Source: Acidimicrobiia bacterium (GTDB lineage: Bacteria > Actinomycetota > Acidimicrobiia > Spongiisociales > UBA5794). From it: DNA of 64,000 nucleotides. The stretch spans positions 17,434 to 81,433 of the forward strand of contig DASWKR010000028.1 of NCBI GenBank assembly GCA_036396535.1, written 5' to 3'. Under the pieces are notes generated by a model. That model had not been told where the DNA came from, searched no databases, and saw only the letters and a program-made list of their open reading frames with translations. Numbering within the stretch: the stretch's first letter is position 1; the number at the start of each line of letters is the position of its first letter. Positions 30,952-40,744 of this stretch are shown here, in pieces. The translations under genes and the position numbers were made by a program.

Positions 30952-31179
30952 GTGCCGGCACCCGCCCTCGTCGCCCAGGCCGCCTCGAACGGCGTCAGCG
31001 CCGGACAGGTCATCATCTGGATCGTGGTCGCCGCCCTGCTGCTCGGCCTCTATCGCCTCAACCGAGCCAGCAGACGCAAAGCCGATGCCGAGTATTGGCG
31101 TCGGCGGGCACGCCAGGAGGAGCTGAAGCAGAGCGATCCCGACATGGCGCCACCCTCCGACGAAGACGACCCCGGCTGA
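30952..31179 (+). CDS. small single-pass membrane protein (75 aa)
   Basis: One TM (VIIWIVVAALLLGLY) followed by a charged tail. It is downstream and co-directional with the small RHH-like ORF. It has a GTG start. Confidence 0.35.
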   Translation: MPAPALVAQAASNGVSAGQVIIWIVVAALLLGLYRLNRASRRKADAEYWRRRARQEELKQSDPDMAPPSDEDDPG

Positions 31180-31185
31180 CCCACC

Positions 31186-33288
31186 TCAGACGAACGCCGA
31201 GGCGAAGATGAGGCTCACGATCGTCATCACCTTGATGACGATGTTCATCGCAGGTCCCGAGGTGTCTTTGAAGGGATCGCCGATCGTGTCACCGACGACC
31301 GCCGCCTTGTGGGCGTCCGAGCCCTTGCCGCCATAAGCGCCTGCCTCGATGAACTTCTTGGCGTTGTCCCATGCGCCGCCGGCGTTCGCCATGAAGATCG
31401 CCAGGAGGAACCCGGTGACGAGGGCACCCGCCAGCAACCCGCCGAGCGCCCGCACCGAGATGAACCCCACCACGAGGGGCAAGGCGACGGCGAGGGTCCC
31501 CGGCACGACCATCTCCCGGAGGGCGGCCGCCGTCGAGATGTCGACGGCGCGGGCGGAGTCGGGCCGCACACCGTCCAACCCCTCCAGGAGCCCCGGGATC
31601 TCACGAAACTGCCTGCGAACCTCCTCGATCATGCGATTGGCGGCGCGGCCGACAGCCTGGATGGTCAGCGCCGCGAACAGGAACGGGAACATCGCTCCGA
31701 TGAACAGTCCGACGGTGACCGGGATGTCGAGGATGTCGATCGTCGTCAGCACCGGCTCCAATCCCTCGGCGATGGCGGCCTCGTTGACCGCCTGGCGGAA
31801 GGTGAAGAAGAGGGCGAGGGCCGTGACGGCCGCCGAGCCGATGGCGAACCCCTTGGCGACCGCCGCCGTGGTGTTGCCGAGCGAGTCGAGCGCATCCGTG
31901 GCCTGGCGAACCTCAGGCGGCAGGTGGGCCATCTCGGCGATCCCTCCTGCGTTGTCGGCGATCGGTCCGTATGCGTCGACGGACACCGTGATGCCGAGGG
32001 TCGAGAGCACACCGATGGCGGCGATGGCGATGCCGTACACGCCGGCGATGGCGTCGGGCACATCGAAGGCGACCGTGCCTCCCCAGAACGCCGCCAGCAT
32101 GCCGAACGCCACCAGGACCACGGAGAATGCGGCCGATCGCATCCCCTCCGAGATGCCGGCCAGGACCACGGTGGCGGGACCCGTCTGCGCCTGCCTGGCG
32201 ACCTCCTTCACCACCTTGTGGTGGTCGGAGGTGAACCATTCGGAGACCTGGCCGATCAGCCAGCCGAGCAGCAGGCCGGAGACGACGGACACGACGAGGC
32301 CCCAGGCGTTGTTCTCGACACCGTCCTGGCTCCCGAAGAGGAGCGGGGTGAGCACGACCGTGCCGACCACGGTGACCCCCATCGCCGCCCACGTACCCTT
32401 GTGGAGCGCACTCGCCAGGCTGCCGCCTCCCGGCTTGACGAAGAAGCTCCCGAGTATCGACGCCCCCATGCCGAGCGTGGCGATGAGGAGCGGATAGAAG
32501 AACGCCTCCTCTTGGAACGCTGCTCCGCTGAAGGCGAAGGCGGCGAAGGCGATCGGGGCGATGAGCGCCCCGACGTACGACTCGAACAGGTCGGCGCCCA
32601 TACCTGCGACATCTCCGACGTTGTCGCCGACGTTGTCGGCGATGACTGCGGGGTTGCGCGGGTCGTCCTCAGGGATGCCGGCCTCCACCTTTCCGACGAG
32701 GTCGGCGCCGACGTCGGCAGCTTTCGTGTAGATCCCGCCGCCGACCCTGGAGAACAGAGCGATCGACGAACCTCCGAGCCCGATCGCAGTCAGGACGCTG
32801 TACGGCTGGTTCACCTCGAGCAGCTCCACGAAGACCAGGTATCCGAGCGACAGGCCGAGCAGCCCGAGCCCGGCGACCGTGAACCCCATCACCGCGCCGC
32901 CTCGAAACGCCAGCGGGAGCGCTCGGCTGATGCCGCCCGTCCTCGCCGCCTCTGCGGTCCTGGCGTTGGCTCCGGTTGCGGTCCGCATCCCGATGTAGCC
33001 CGCCGACGCCGAGAGCGCCGCTCCGAAGACATAGGCGATCGCACCCCACGGCCGGCCCCAATCCAGGAACACGAGGATGAGGATCGCCAGCACGACGACG
33101 AAGCCGGCCACCGCCATGTACTCACGCCGGATGAAGGCCATCGCTCCCTCACGGATCGCAGCCATCAGCTCCTGCATGCGCTCGTTGCCCGGATCAGCCC
33201 TGTTGACCTGGTTGGCGAAGAAGTACGCCAGACCGAGTGCCGCGACCGACACCGCGATCGCCAGATACAGCCAGATGATCGGATTCAC
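31186..33288 (-). CDS. hppA: membrane-bound proton-translocating pyrophosphatase (H+-PPase)
   Basis: GGIYTKAADVGADLVGKVE and DNVGDNVGDVAGMGADLFESY signatures, with about 16 TM. The 704-aa + ORF 31309..33423 is its antisense. Confidence 0.95.
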   Translation of the reverse strand: MNPIIWLYLAIAVSVAALGLAYFFANQVNRADPGNERMQELMAAIREGAMAFIRREYMAVAGFVVVLAILILVFLDWGRPWGAIAYVFGAALSASAGYIGMRTATGANARTAEAARTGGISRALPLAFRGGAVMGFTVAGLGLLGLSLGYLVFVELLEVNQPYSVLTAIGLGGSSIALFSRVGGGIYTKAADVGADLVGKVEAGIPEDDPRNPAVIADNVGDNVGDVAGMGADLFESYVGALIAPIAFAAFAFSGAAFQEEAFFYPLLIATLGMGASILGSFFVKPGGGSLASALHKGTWAAMGVTVVGTVVLTPLLFGSQDGVENNAWGLVVSVVSGLLLGWLIGQVSEWFTSDHHKVVKEVARQAQTGPATVVLAGISEGMRSAAFSVVLVAFGMLAAFWGGTVAFDVPDAIAGVYGIAIAAIGVLSTLGITVSVDAYGPIADNAGGIAEMAHLPPEVRQATDALDSLGNTTAAVAKGFAIGSAAVTALALFFTFRQAVNEAAIAEGLEPVLTTIDILDIPVTVGLFIGAMFPFLFAALTIQAVGRAANRMIEEVRRQFREIPGLLEGLDGVRPDSARAVDISTAAALREMVVPGTLAVALPLVVGFISVRALGGLLAGALVTGFLLAIFMANAGGAWDNAKKFIEAGAYGGKGSDAHKAAVVGDTIGDPFKDTSGPAMNIVIKVMTIVSLIFASAFV

Positions 33289-33385
33289 GCGCCAGGCTCC
33301 TCAGTCATTCGGGGTCCACGACCGGGCGGGGAGTGTAGTTCCGCCGCAGTGGGCGACCTGAGTGCTGCCTGCCGGTGCGGGCGGC

Positions 33386-33925
33386 TCACGACTCGCCGGT
33401 CGACGACCGCACCCGCAGCGTGATCGCCGCCCCGAAGAAGCCGAGCCCCGCCAGGAGCGGCCACCACGCTATCGGCTGACTGAGCGCCCTGCCTTCCTCG
33501 ATGACGTCGAGGCCGACCACCTCGAGATACGACTCTCCGCCGCGGTCCGGGTCGTGGTGGTGCCACACTCCGGTGAGGCTGACGACGGGTCCTCTCGTGC
33601 CGTAGCCGCCGGCAGGGTCGAGCCCCTCCGCCAGCCCCGCAGGGATCATCACCCCGATGCCGGTGTTCGACCCGGATCTGGCTCCTCCCTCGCGAAGCGG
33701 CATGGTCACGTACGAACCGCCGTTCAGCTGTGCCCACGTCGTCCCGTCGTCACGGTTGCCGTAGTCACCCACGAGCTCCCCCTCGACCGTTATCTCGATC
33801 CCGTCGAACTCGGCCGATCCGAGAACGATCGCTTCGACGCTGGTCGCCTGCGCCTCCGCCGGCGCAGCCGCGCCGACCACGGCGGACGTGGCGGCCAGCC
33901 AGACGATCACCACGGCCCGCTTCAT
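33386..33925 (-). CDS. secreted hypothetical protein with signal peptide and C-terminal TM anchor
   Basis: MKRAVVIVWLAATSAVVGAAAPAEA signal peptide ... IAWWPLLAGLGFFGAAITLRVRSS C-terminal anchor. The ATG overlaps the trkH stop (ATGA). Confidence 0.5.
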   Translation of the reverse strand: MKRAVVIVWLAATSAVVGAAAPAEAQATSVEAIVLGSAEFDGIEITVEGELVGDYGNRDDGTTWAQLNGGSYVTMPLREGGARSGSNTGIGVMIPAGLAEGLDPAGGYGTRGPVVSLTGVWHHHDPDRGGESYLEVVGLDVIEEGRALSQPIAWWPLLAGLGFFGAAITLRVRSSTGES

Positions 33926-35421
33926 TTGCCCCTCACCCAAGCGAGAAGGAAGCCGATGAGCGCGAAAACGGCGACGAACTCGAGGCGCCCGGCCCACATC
34001 TGCAGCATGAAGACCAGCTTGAGGACGGCAGGCATCATCGTCGGATCCACGACCCCGACCGAGAGCCCGACATTCGCTCCGGCGCTCACCGACTCGAACA
34101 GGGCATGCTGCAGCGAGTAGCCGTACGCCATGCCGACACCCGCTCCTAGCAGGAACAGCGCCACGTAGAGGAGCGACACCGCCATCACGGACTGGGCGAG
34201 CTCAGGGGTGAGGCGCTTCCGGCTTCCCTGGAAGTACCCGGTACCGACCACCGCCCCGTCCGGGAGCAGGACACGCCTGACCTGGTTGCCGATGGCCTTC
34301 AACGTGAGACCGATCCTCAGAGCCTTGACTCCCCCCGAGGTCGACGAGCCCATTCCCCCCAGCGCCATCGCGATGGCGATGCCGCCGTACTCGAGGCCTC
34401 CCCAGCCACGCAGCTCGGCGCTGCTCACGGTGGCGAAACCCGTCCCGGTGTGCGCGCTGAGCAGCTGGAACGTGCCGGCCCTGGCAAGCCCGGAGATCGA
34501 CGAGTAGACCCCGGTCACGGCCAGCCCGACGATGGTGAGCACGAGCGTGAACCCGAGCGATCCGAGGATCGTGCGGGTCTCGAGGTTGCGCAGGACGGAT
34601 CCAGGGTTACGCCGCCACAGCGCGTAGTGGACCCCGAACGACATCGCCCCGGCGACCATGAGCACAGCCGTGACAGCCTCGAAGATCCCGGAGTGGTAGT
34701 AGCCGAGGCTCGTGCTCTGAGGGGCGAACCCCCCCGTGTCGAACCCGGCGAAGAAGATCATCAAGCCGTGGAACGCCGACCGCATCGGAGAGAAGCCGAG
34801 AGTGACCCAGCCCACGAGAGTGAGCGCGACGACGCCGCCGACGAGGTGGACGATGGCGACGCCCCATATGAAGCGGGCAGTCGAGGTCACCGAGGGCATG
34901 ATCCGCTCTTCGCGTGCCTCCCCGTGATAGAGGGTCAGGCCACCACCGGCCGCGAAGAGGCTCAGAGCGGCGAGGATGATGCCCTGGCCGCCGAGGAAGT
35001 GCAGGAAGTGGCGCCAGAAGTTGATCGACGAGGCGAGATGATCGAGGTCGTGGACGAGCGAGAGCCCGGTCGTCGTGAGCCCCGACATGGCGTCGAAGTA
35101 CGAATCGAGCGGCCCCGACCAGTGGCCCGATAGCAGGAGCGGGATCGAGCCGACGAGCGGAGCGAGCGCCCACGTCAACGCCACCACGGTCATCCCGTGG
35201 CTCCAGTCGAGCCTTCTGACCTTGGGACTGGAACGCAGACCGATGGCGGCGAGAGCGGCGTAGCAGCCCGCCATGAGGGCGAACGAGCTCATCGGGTGCC
35301 ACTCGCGAGCGAGGGCGGCCCACAGCAGAGGCACGAGGCTCGCCACCGTGAAGATCGCGAACACCCGGCCCATGAAGAACCCGATGATCCTGAAGTCCTC
35401 GGCTACCGGTCGAATCAACAT
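33922..35421 (-). CDS. trkH: TrkH/KtrB-family potassium transporter
   Basis: Multiple pore-loop GTG/GFA-type repeats (LSAHTGTGFATV..., GGVKALRIGL). Confidence 0.9.
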   Translation of the reverse strand: MLIRPVAEDFRIIGFFMGRVFAIFTVASLVPLLWAALAREWHPMSSFALMAGCYAALAAIGLRSSPKVRRLDWSHGMTVVALTWALAPLVGSIPLLLSGHWSGPLDSYFDAMSGLTTTGLSLVHDLDHLASSINFWRHFLHFLGGQGIILAALSLFAAGGGLTLYHGEAREERIMPSVTSTARFIWGVAIVHLVGGVVALTLVGWVTLGFSPMRSAFHGLMIFFAGFDTGGFAPQSTSLGYYHSGIFEAVTAVLMVAGAMSFGVHYALWRRNPGSVLRNLETRTILGSLGFTLVLTIVGLAVTGVYSSISGLARAGTFQLLSAHTGTGFATVSSAELRGWGGLEYGGIAIAMALGGMGSSTSGGVKALRIGLTLKAIGNQVRRVLLPDGAVVGTGYFQGSRKRLTPELAQSVMAVSLLYVALFLLGAGVGMAYGYSLQHALFESVSAGANVGLSVGVVDPTMMPAVLKLVFMLQMWAGRLEFVAVFALIGFLLAWVRGK

Positions 35422-35422
35422 G

Positions 35423-35566
35423 TCACGAGAGGGCCACTATCAGGGCCGCCACGGCGAGGCCGACCAGGATCACCGCGACGACAAAGAGCGTTTCGAATCC
35501 GATCGTCACCAGCAGGCCGGTCAAGCGGCTCCCGATCGTCTCGACCCGCCGGTGGGGCTCCTCGCT
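35423..35566 (-). CDS. possible small hydrophobic peptide (about 47 aa) between trkA and trkH
   Basis: The GTG-initiated frame VSEEPHRRVETIGSRLTGLLVTIGFETLFVVAVILVGLAVAALIVALS* fills the 145-nt gap. It is below the ORF-track size cutoff. Confidence 0.25.
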   Translation of the reverse strand, partial: SEEPHRRVETIGSRLTGLLVTIGFETLFVVAVILVGLAVAALIVALS

Positions 35567-36234
35567 CACGGAGCATCCGCCGCCGACGCCATGGCGTCGA
35601 AAGCGTCACAGAAGGCCTGCTCGTTGTCGATGGACGTGACGGCGAGGAGGCGATCGCCCGGCTCGATACGGGTGTCGGCGCCTGGGACGAAGACCTTCCC
35701 ATGGCGAACCACCGTGACGAGAACAGAAGGGGCAGGGAATCGCAGCTCGGCAAGAGGGGTGTCGGGGAAGCCCTCCGGTACCACCCGCTCGACGAGCGAA
35801 ACTTGACCATCGCCGAGCAGCGCAACGCGGCGCAGCGTCGTCAACTCGATCTCCCGCGAGATCATCGAAGCCATCAGGTCGGTCACCGCCACCACAGGAA
35901 GGTCGAGGGCGTCGAATGTCGGCCTGTTGCGCGGGTCGTTGAGCCGGGCGAGCACCCTCTCGGCACCGAGCGTCGTGGCGAGCTGGCAGGCGACGAGGTT
36001 GTCCTCGTCCTTGCCGGTGACTGCCAGCAGCCAGTCTGCCCGGTCGACGTCCGCCGCCTCGAGAAGGCGCACGTCCGTACCGTCGCCTTGGAACACGAGA
36101 AGATCGTGCTCGTCGGTCAACCGCTCGGCCAGGCGGGCGTTCGACTCGATGACGGTCACGACATGGCCGTCGTCGCGCAGCTCCCGAGCGAGATACCCGC
36201 CGACTTTGCCGCCTCCGACGACGATCACCCGCAC
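35566..36234 (-). CDS. trkA: Trk system potassium uptake protein TrkA (NAD-binding, second copy)
   Basis: VRVIVVGGGKVGG Rossmann motif plus a TrkA_C domain. Probable GTG start. Confidence 0.85.
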   Translation of the reverse strand: MRVIVVGGGKVGGYLARELRDDGHVVTVIESNARLAERLTDEHDLLVFQGDGTDVRLLEAADVDRADWLLAVTGKDEDNLVACQLATTLGAERVLARLNDPRNRPTFDALDLPVVAVTDLMASMISREIELTTLRRVALLGDGQVSLVERVVPEGFPDTPLAELRFPAPSVLVTVVRHGKVFVPGADTRIEPGDRLLAVTSIDNEQAFCDAFDAMASAADAP

Positions 36235-36244
36235 CGCCGACCAC

Positions 36245-36898
36245 TCATCCTTCCCGTGCCAGGTACTTGTGGAGCTTCCTGCGAGCACCCGCCCTCGCCG
36301 CCGCTACGACGAGGTCGCCCGCGTGGAGGGCGAACTCGGCGTCCGGGACGAATGTGGTGGAGCCGCGCCGGACGGCAGCGACGCGCAACATGTTCGGGCT
36401 CTCGAGTTGCTTCACTGGTAATCCTTCGGCATTGGCGCCCATCTCCATCTCGATGACCTCGACGTCTCCGCCGCCGAAGGTGACGTGATACCGGAACTCC
36501 TCGTCGACGATCTGCTCGTGGATCACCTTGCTCACGAGCTGCGCCCCGGTCACGTACGTGACGTTCAGCGTGCGGTAGGCCTTCGCCCTGGCGGGGTCGT
36601 CGAGCCGCGCGATCGACTTGGGGACCCCGAACACCGACTTGGCCACCTCCACCGCCATGAGGTTGGCGTTGTCAGACGACGTCACGGCAAGGAAGGCGTC
36701 CGCCGATTCGATGCCGGCGTCTCGCAGCACGCTGACGTCGTATGCCAGTCCGACGTGGGTGGCGCCGTTGAACGTCGAGCCGAGGGCTCTCAAACGCGAC
36801 TCGTCCGAGTCGATGATCGACACGTCGTGGCCCTCCTCGGACAACGTGAGCCCCAGCTCGCTCCCAACCCTGCCGCAGCCGGCAATGACGATCCGCAT
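36245..36898 (-). CDS. trkA: Trk system potassium uptake protein TrkA (first copy)
   Basis: MRIVIAGCGRVGSEL Rossmann motif plus a TrkA_C domain. Confidence 0.88.
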   Translation of the reverse strand: MRIVIAGCGRVGSELGLTLSEEGHDVSIIDSDESRLRALGSTFNGATHVGLAYDVSVLRDAGIESADAFLAVTSSDNANLMAVEVAKSVFGVPKSIARLDDPARAKAYRTLNVTYVTGAQLVSKVIHEQIVDEEFRYHVTFGGGDVEVIEMEMGANAEGLPVKQLESPNMLRVAAVRRGSTTFVPDAEFALHAGDLVVAAARAGARRKLHKYLAREG

Positions 36899-36999
36899 CG
36901 CACTCCCAGTGGTCGACCCGCGATGTTACGAGGTGCCGGGCGGGTCGCGGCATCGCGTCGCACCGTCGCCGCTCACGTCACCTGCGCCGGAGCCCTCTG

Positions 37000-38343
37000 G
37001 TGAAGCGGAGGATGATCGGGGACACCGCCGGCCGCCCGACGATCGTGAGCACGGAGAGGAGGAGCCTCCCGGGCCATCGGACTGCCAACGACCCCCGGAT
37101 CGGGCATAGCTCCGGAGCGTCGTTACGATCCGGGCTCGTGCGAGCCCGCACCTCTCTCCTTGCAGCCCTCACGTGCGCCGCCGTGGTCGGTGCGGCGTGC
37201 TCGGGCGCGGCCGAGCCGACCACAACTCCCGCTCCGTCGATGACGACCCAACCGGCGTCGACGACGACGAGCCGGCCGGCCCCCACGACGACGGTGGCCG
37301 TGAGAGGCGTCACCGTGTCTGGGGATCTCGACGAAGGCCTGCTCACGGCGACCGCCGAGCTCTATTCGTGGATACACGACCACCACAACCCGCGCCCGGC
37401 CATCCCGTCACTCCTCTGGCTCCGCCTGCTCGACACCGAACGTCCCGCCGACGAGATCGAAGCGTCCGGCGTCGTCGCCGATCTCGACAACGGGGAATCC
37501 GTCGCCGTGGTGCACGCCGGTGAGGATCTCCTGATCGCCGTCCGTGATCCTGCGTGGCGGATCGTCGGGGCCGACCTCGCCGACGCCGACCCGTGGTTCG
37601 GACGACCACCTCGCAGCCTGCTCGTCATCGGCTCGGATGCCAGAGTCGGCGAGAACCAGCAGCGTCTCAGGGCAGACAGTGTTCACATCGTCACGGTCGT
37701 ACCGAGCGAGGGAGGCACGATCGTCGGATTCCCTCGTGACAGCTGGGTCGACAGTCCGGCAGGCACCATGAAGCTGACCAACGTCCTGGCGGGGCGAGGT
37801 CCCGAGGTTCTCCTCGAGACGACGGAGAGCCTGACCGAGCTCGACCTCGAGGGCTACATCGTCACGGGCTTCAAGGGGTTCTCCGACCTGATCGGAGAGC
37901 TCGGCGGGCTCGTCATCGACCTGCCGAGCGCCGTCAACAGCGGTGTCGCCGAGTGGGAGAGCTATCCGGCCGGCGAGCAGAAGCTGTCGCCGGTGCGCAC
38001 CCTTCGCCTGGCGCGGATCCGCAAGACCCTGGCAGGCGGCGACTTCACGCGGAGCGCCAACCAGGGCCTCATCATGCTCGCAGGGATGCAGATGGTCCGC
38101 GACCTCGGGATCGACACGCTGCCGAGCATGGTCGAAGCGCTGCTGGCCCATGCGTTCACCGATCTCACGACGGAGGCGCTCCTCACGTTGGCGGCGTCGA
38201 TGTACACCGTGGATCCCGACGACCTCGTCAACCGGGTGCTGCCCGGCAGAGTCGGATCGGTTGCCGGGCAGTCCGTCGTGTTCCTGTCGGCCGATGCGAC
38301 CGACGTCTACCGAGACTTGCGCGACGGTCTCCTCGACGAGTGA
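37000..38343 (+). CDS. LytR-CpsA-Psr (LCP) family cell-envelope phosphotransferase
   Basis: Basic N-terminal tail, one TM (SLLAALTCAAVVGAAC), a Thr/Pro linker, then the LCP domain (LLVIGSDARVG...HIVTVVPSEGGTIVGFPRDSWVDSP...ELGGLVIDLP). The start is uncertain (GTG 37000, ATG 37012 or GTG about 37138). Confidence 0.8.
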   Translation: MKRRMIGDTAGRPTIVSTERRSLPGHRTANDPRIGHSSGASLRSGLVRARTSLLAALTCAAVVGAACSGAAEPTTTPAPSMTTQPASTTTSRPAPTTTVAVRGVTVSGDLDEGLLTATAELYSWIHDHHNPRPAIPSLLWLRLLDTERPADEIEASGVVADLDNGESVAVVHAGEDLLIAVRDPAWRIVGADLADADPWFGRPPRSLLVIGSDARVGENQQRLRADSVHIVTVVPSEGGTIVGFPRDSWVDSPAGTMKLTNVLAGRGPEVLLETTESLTELDLEGYIVTGFKGFSDLIGELGGLVIDLPSAVNSGVAEWESYPAGEQKLSPVRTLRLARIRKTLAGGDFTRSANQGLIMLAGMQMVRDLGIDTLPSMVEALLAHAFTDLTTEALLTLAASMYTVDPDDLVNRVLPGRVGSVAGQSVVFLSADATDVYRDLRDGLLDE

Positions 38344-38374
38344 GGCGCCGCCCATCGGTGGCTTGAATGAGGGC

Positions 38375-40645
38375 GTGGTCGCCGACGACAAGAGATCATC
38401 GATCGCCGACGTCATCGACGCATGGCTCGACGACCCGGAGATCGCGCCCCGGATCGTCCACATCGAGCGGATAGAGGGCGCCGACGCCGTCTTCGCCGAC
38501 ATCGCGGTAGGGGCGGCCGTGCGGGGGCGCCTCGAGGCCGCCGGGGTAGGCAGGCTCTACCGGCACCAAGCGGAGGCGATCGCTGCGATCCGCTCCGGGA
38601 AGCACACGGTGGTCGTCGCCGGCACGGCCTCCGGGAAGTCGCTCTGCTATCAGATCCCGATCGCCGAGGCCATCGAGGCGGACCGGCAAGCGACCGCCCT
38701 GGCGGTGTTCCCGACGAAGGCCCTCGCCCAGGATCAGCTCGGAAGCCTGCTCCGCACCGGAACGTCGAACCTGGTGGCGGCCACCTACGACGGGGACACA
38801 CCCCGGGACGAGCGGGCGTGGATCCGCCGCAACGCCAACGTCGTCGTCACGAACCCGGACATGCTGCACCTGGGAATGCTGCCGCACCACGAGCGCTGGA
38901 GGCATTTCCTGGGTCAGCTCCGATACGTGGTCGTCGACGAGATCCACAGCTTCAAGGGCATCTTCGGCAGCCACGTCGGCCTGGTGCTGCGCCGCCTCAG
39001 GAGGCTGGCTGAGAAGTACGGCGCCACTCCGACGTTCGTGTTCGCATCGGCGACGATCGGCAACCCTGCCGAGCTGGCAGGCGCCCTGTCCGGGCTCGAT
39101 GTCGCCGCGGTCACCGACGACGTCGCCCCGCGCGGGGCGAAGACGTACGTGGCTTGGAACCCACCGATCGAGGACGAGGCTCGAGGGCTGCGGGGGAGCC
39201 CGCTCACCGACGCCACGAACGTCTTCTGTGACCTGGTCGCCAACGACCTGCAGACCATCACCTTCAGCCGGAGCAGGAAAGCGAGCGAGCTCATGTACCG
39301 CTGGGCCCGCGACCGGCTCGACGAGGAGCGCCGGGCGCTGGTGGCGCCCTACCGAGCCGGCTACCTGGTCGATGAGCGCCGGCGAACCGAGGAGGAGCTC
39401 TTCTCCGGCAGGCTGCTCGGGGTCATCGCGACGAATGCGCTCGAGCTCGGGATCGACGTCGGCGGCCTCGACGCCGCGGTGCTGACGACTTTCCCGGGAA
39501 CCATCTCGTCGTTTCGCCAGCAGGCTGGACGGGCAGGTCGATCGCGCCGGGAGTCGCTGGCCGTGCTCGTCGCGGGCCACGACGCACTCGACCAGCACTA
39601 CATGGCACATCCTGAGGAGCTCTTCGTGCGACCCGCCGAGGCGGCGGTCGTCAACGTCACCAACGAACAGATCCTGGCGGACCACCTGCGGTGCGCTGCA
39701 TACGAGGCACCACTCGTCCCAGAGGACGCCGAATGGTTCGGGCACGACATCGAGACGATCGTTCCCGACCTGGTGCGGTCGGGCGATCTCGGGCTGCGAG
39801 AAGGCAGGTTGTACTGGTCCGGTGGCGGAGCGCCCGCCTTCGACGTGGACCTGCGCACCTCCGGCGGACCGCCGTACGAGATCATCGACGAGCAGTCGCG
39901 CCACATAGGCACGATCGACGAGGCCCGGGCGTTCACACAATGCCACGAGGGCGCCGTGTACCTCCACCAAGGCGAGGGCTACGTCGTCGAGGTGCTCGAC
40001 GTCGAGGTCCGAGAGGTGCGGGTACGCCGCGGCGAGGTGGCGTACTTCACCCAGCCGCAGACGGCCAAGGAGCTCACCGTCGTCGCACGGGAGGATTCCT
40101 CGACAATCGGACTCGTCGACCTCGGGCACGGGAGAGTCTCCGTCACGACAGAGGTGCTCGGCTTCCAGCGGAGATCGCTGTCGACCGGCGAGGTGCTCGA
40201 CACGAATCCGGTCGACCTGCCACCGCGCAGCTTCACGACACAAGCGCTCTGGCTCTCGTTTCCGCCCGATCTCGTCGATCAGGCCGGCGTGACGCCGGCG
40301 GCGCTCCCCGGCACCATGCACGCCATCGAGCACACCGCCATCGCCATGCTGCCGCTCTACGCCATCTGTGATCGCTGGGACGTCGGCGGCCTGTCGTCCG
40401 CCTTCTTTGCCGACCTCGGCGGGCCCGGGTTCTACATCTACGACGGATACCCCGGCGGCGCCGGCATCGCCCCCATCGCCTACCAGCGAGCCCGACAGCA
40501 CCTCGCCGCGACACTCCAAGCGCTCGTCGACTGCCCGTGCTCGTCTGGATGCCCATCCTGCGTCCAGTCACCCAAGTGCGGGAACTACAACGACCCGCTC
40601 GACAAGCACGGAGCCATCGAGCTGCTCGCCGTCGCGCTCCGGTAG
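38375..40645 (+). CDS. DEAD/DEAH-box helicase with C-terminal DUF1998 zinc-binding domain (MrfA/YprA-like)
   Basis: Helicase motifs TASGKSL, DEIH, SAT, and the DUF1998 C-terminus with CPCSSGCPSCVQSPKCGNYN. The start is GTG 38375 or TTG 38363; the listed ORF start 37943 overlaps the LCP gene and is spurious. Confidence 0.88.
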   Translation: MVADDKRSSIADVIDAWLDDPEIAPRIVHIERIEGADAVFADIAVGAAVRGRLEAAGVGRLYRHQAEAIAAIRSGKHTVVVAGTASGKSLCYQIPIAEAIEADRQATALAVFPTKALAQDQLGSLLRTGTSNLVAATYDGDTPRDERAWIRRNANVVVTNPDMLHLGMLPHHERWRHFLGQLRYVVVDEIHSFKGIFGSHVGLVLRRLRRLAEKYGATPTFVFASATIGNPAELAGALSGLDVAAVTDDVAPRGAKTYVAWNPPIEDEARGLRGSPLTDATNVFCDLVANDLQTITFSRSRKASELMYRWARDRLDEERRALVAPYRAGYLVDERRRTEEELFSGRLLGVIATNALELGIDVGGLDAAVLTTFPGTISSFRQQAGRAGRSRRESLAVLVAGHDALDQHYMAHPEELFVRPAEAAVVNVTNEQILADHLRCAAYEAPLVPEDAEWFGHDIETIVPDLVRSGDLGLREGRLYWSGGGAPAFDVDLRTSGGPPYEIIDEQSRHIGTIDEARAFTQCHEGAVYLHQGEGYVVEVLDVEVREVRVRRGEVAYFTQPQTAKELTVVAREDSSTIGLVDLGHGRVSVTTEVLGFQRRSLSTGEVLDTNPVDLPPRSFTTQALWLSFPPDLVDQAGVTPAALPGTMHAIEHTAIAMLPLYAICDRWDVGGLSSAFFADLGGPGFYIYDGYPGGAGIAPIAYQRARQHLAATLQALVDCPCSSGCPSCVQSPKCGNYNDPLDKHGAIELLAVALR

Positions 40646-40744
40646 CTCGCCCCGGGCAATGGAATGCAACCGCTCGGCGCACGGGCGCTCTTACACTCGA
40701 CGCGTCCGGTGAAGGCCGGGCTGCCAGATTCGAGTACCGGCCGA

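Noticed and set aside
31309-33423. 704-aa + ORF
   Set aside because: Antisense of the H+-pyrophosphatase gene. The translation is an R/D/E/G-rich string without domains.
37943-38374. N-terminal 144 codons of the listed 900-aa helicase ORF
   Set aside because: Overlaps the LCP gene in another frame and is Arg/Pro-rich. Helicase homology begins at about 38363-38375 (TTG or GTG).
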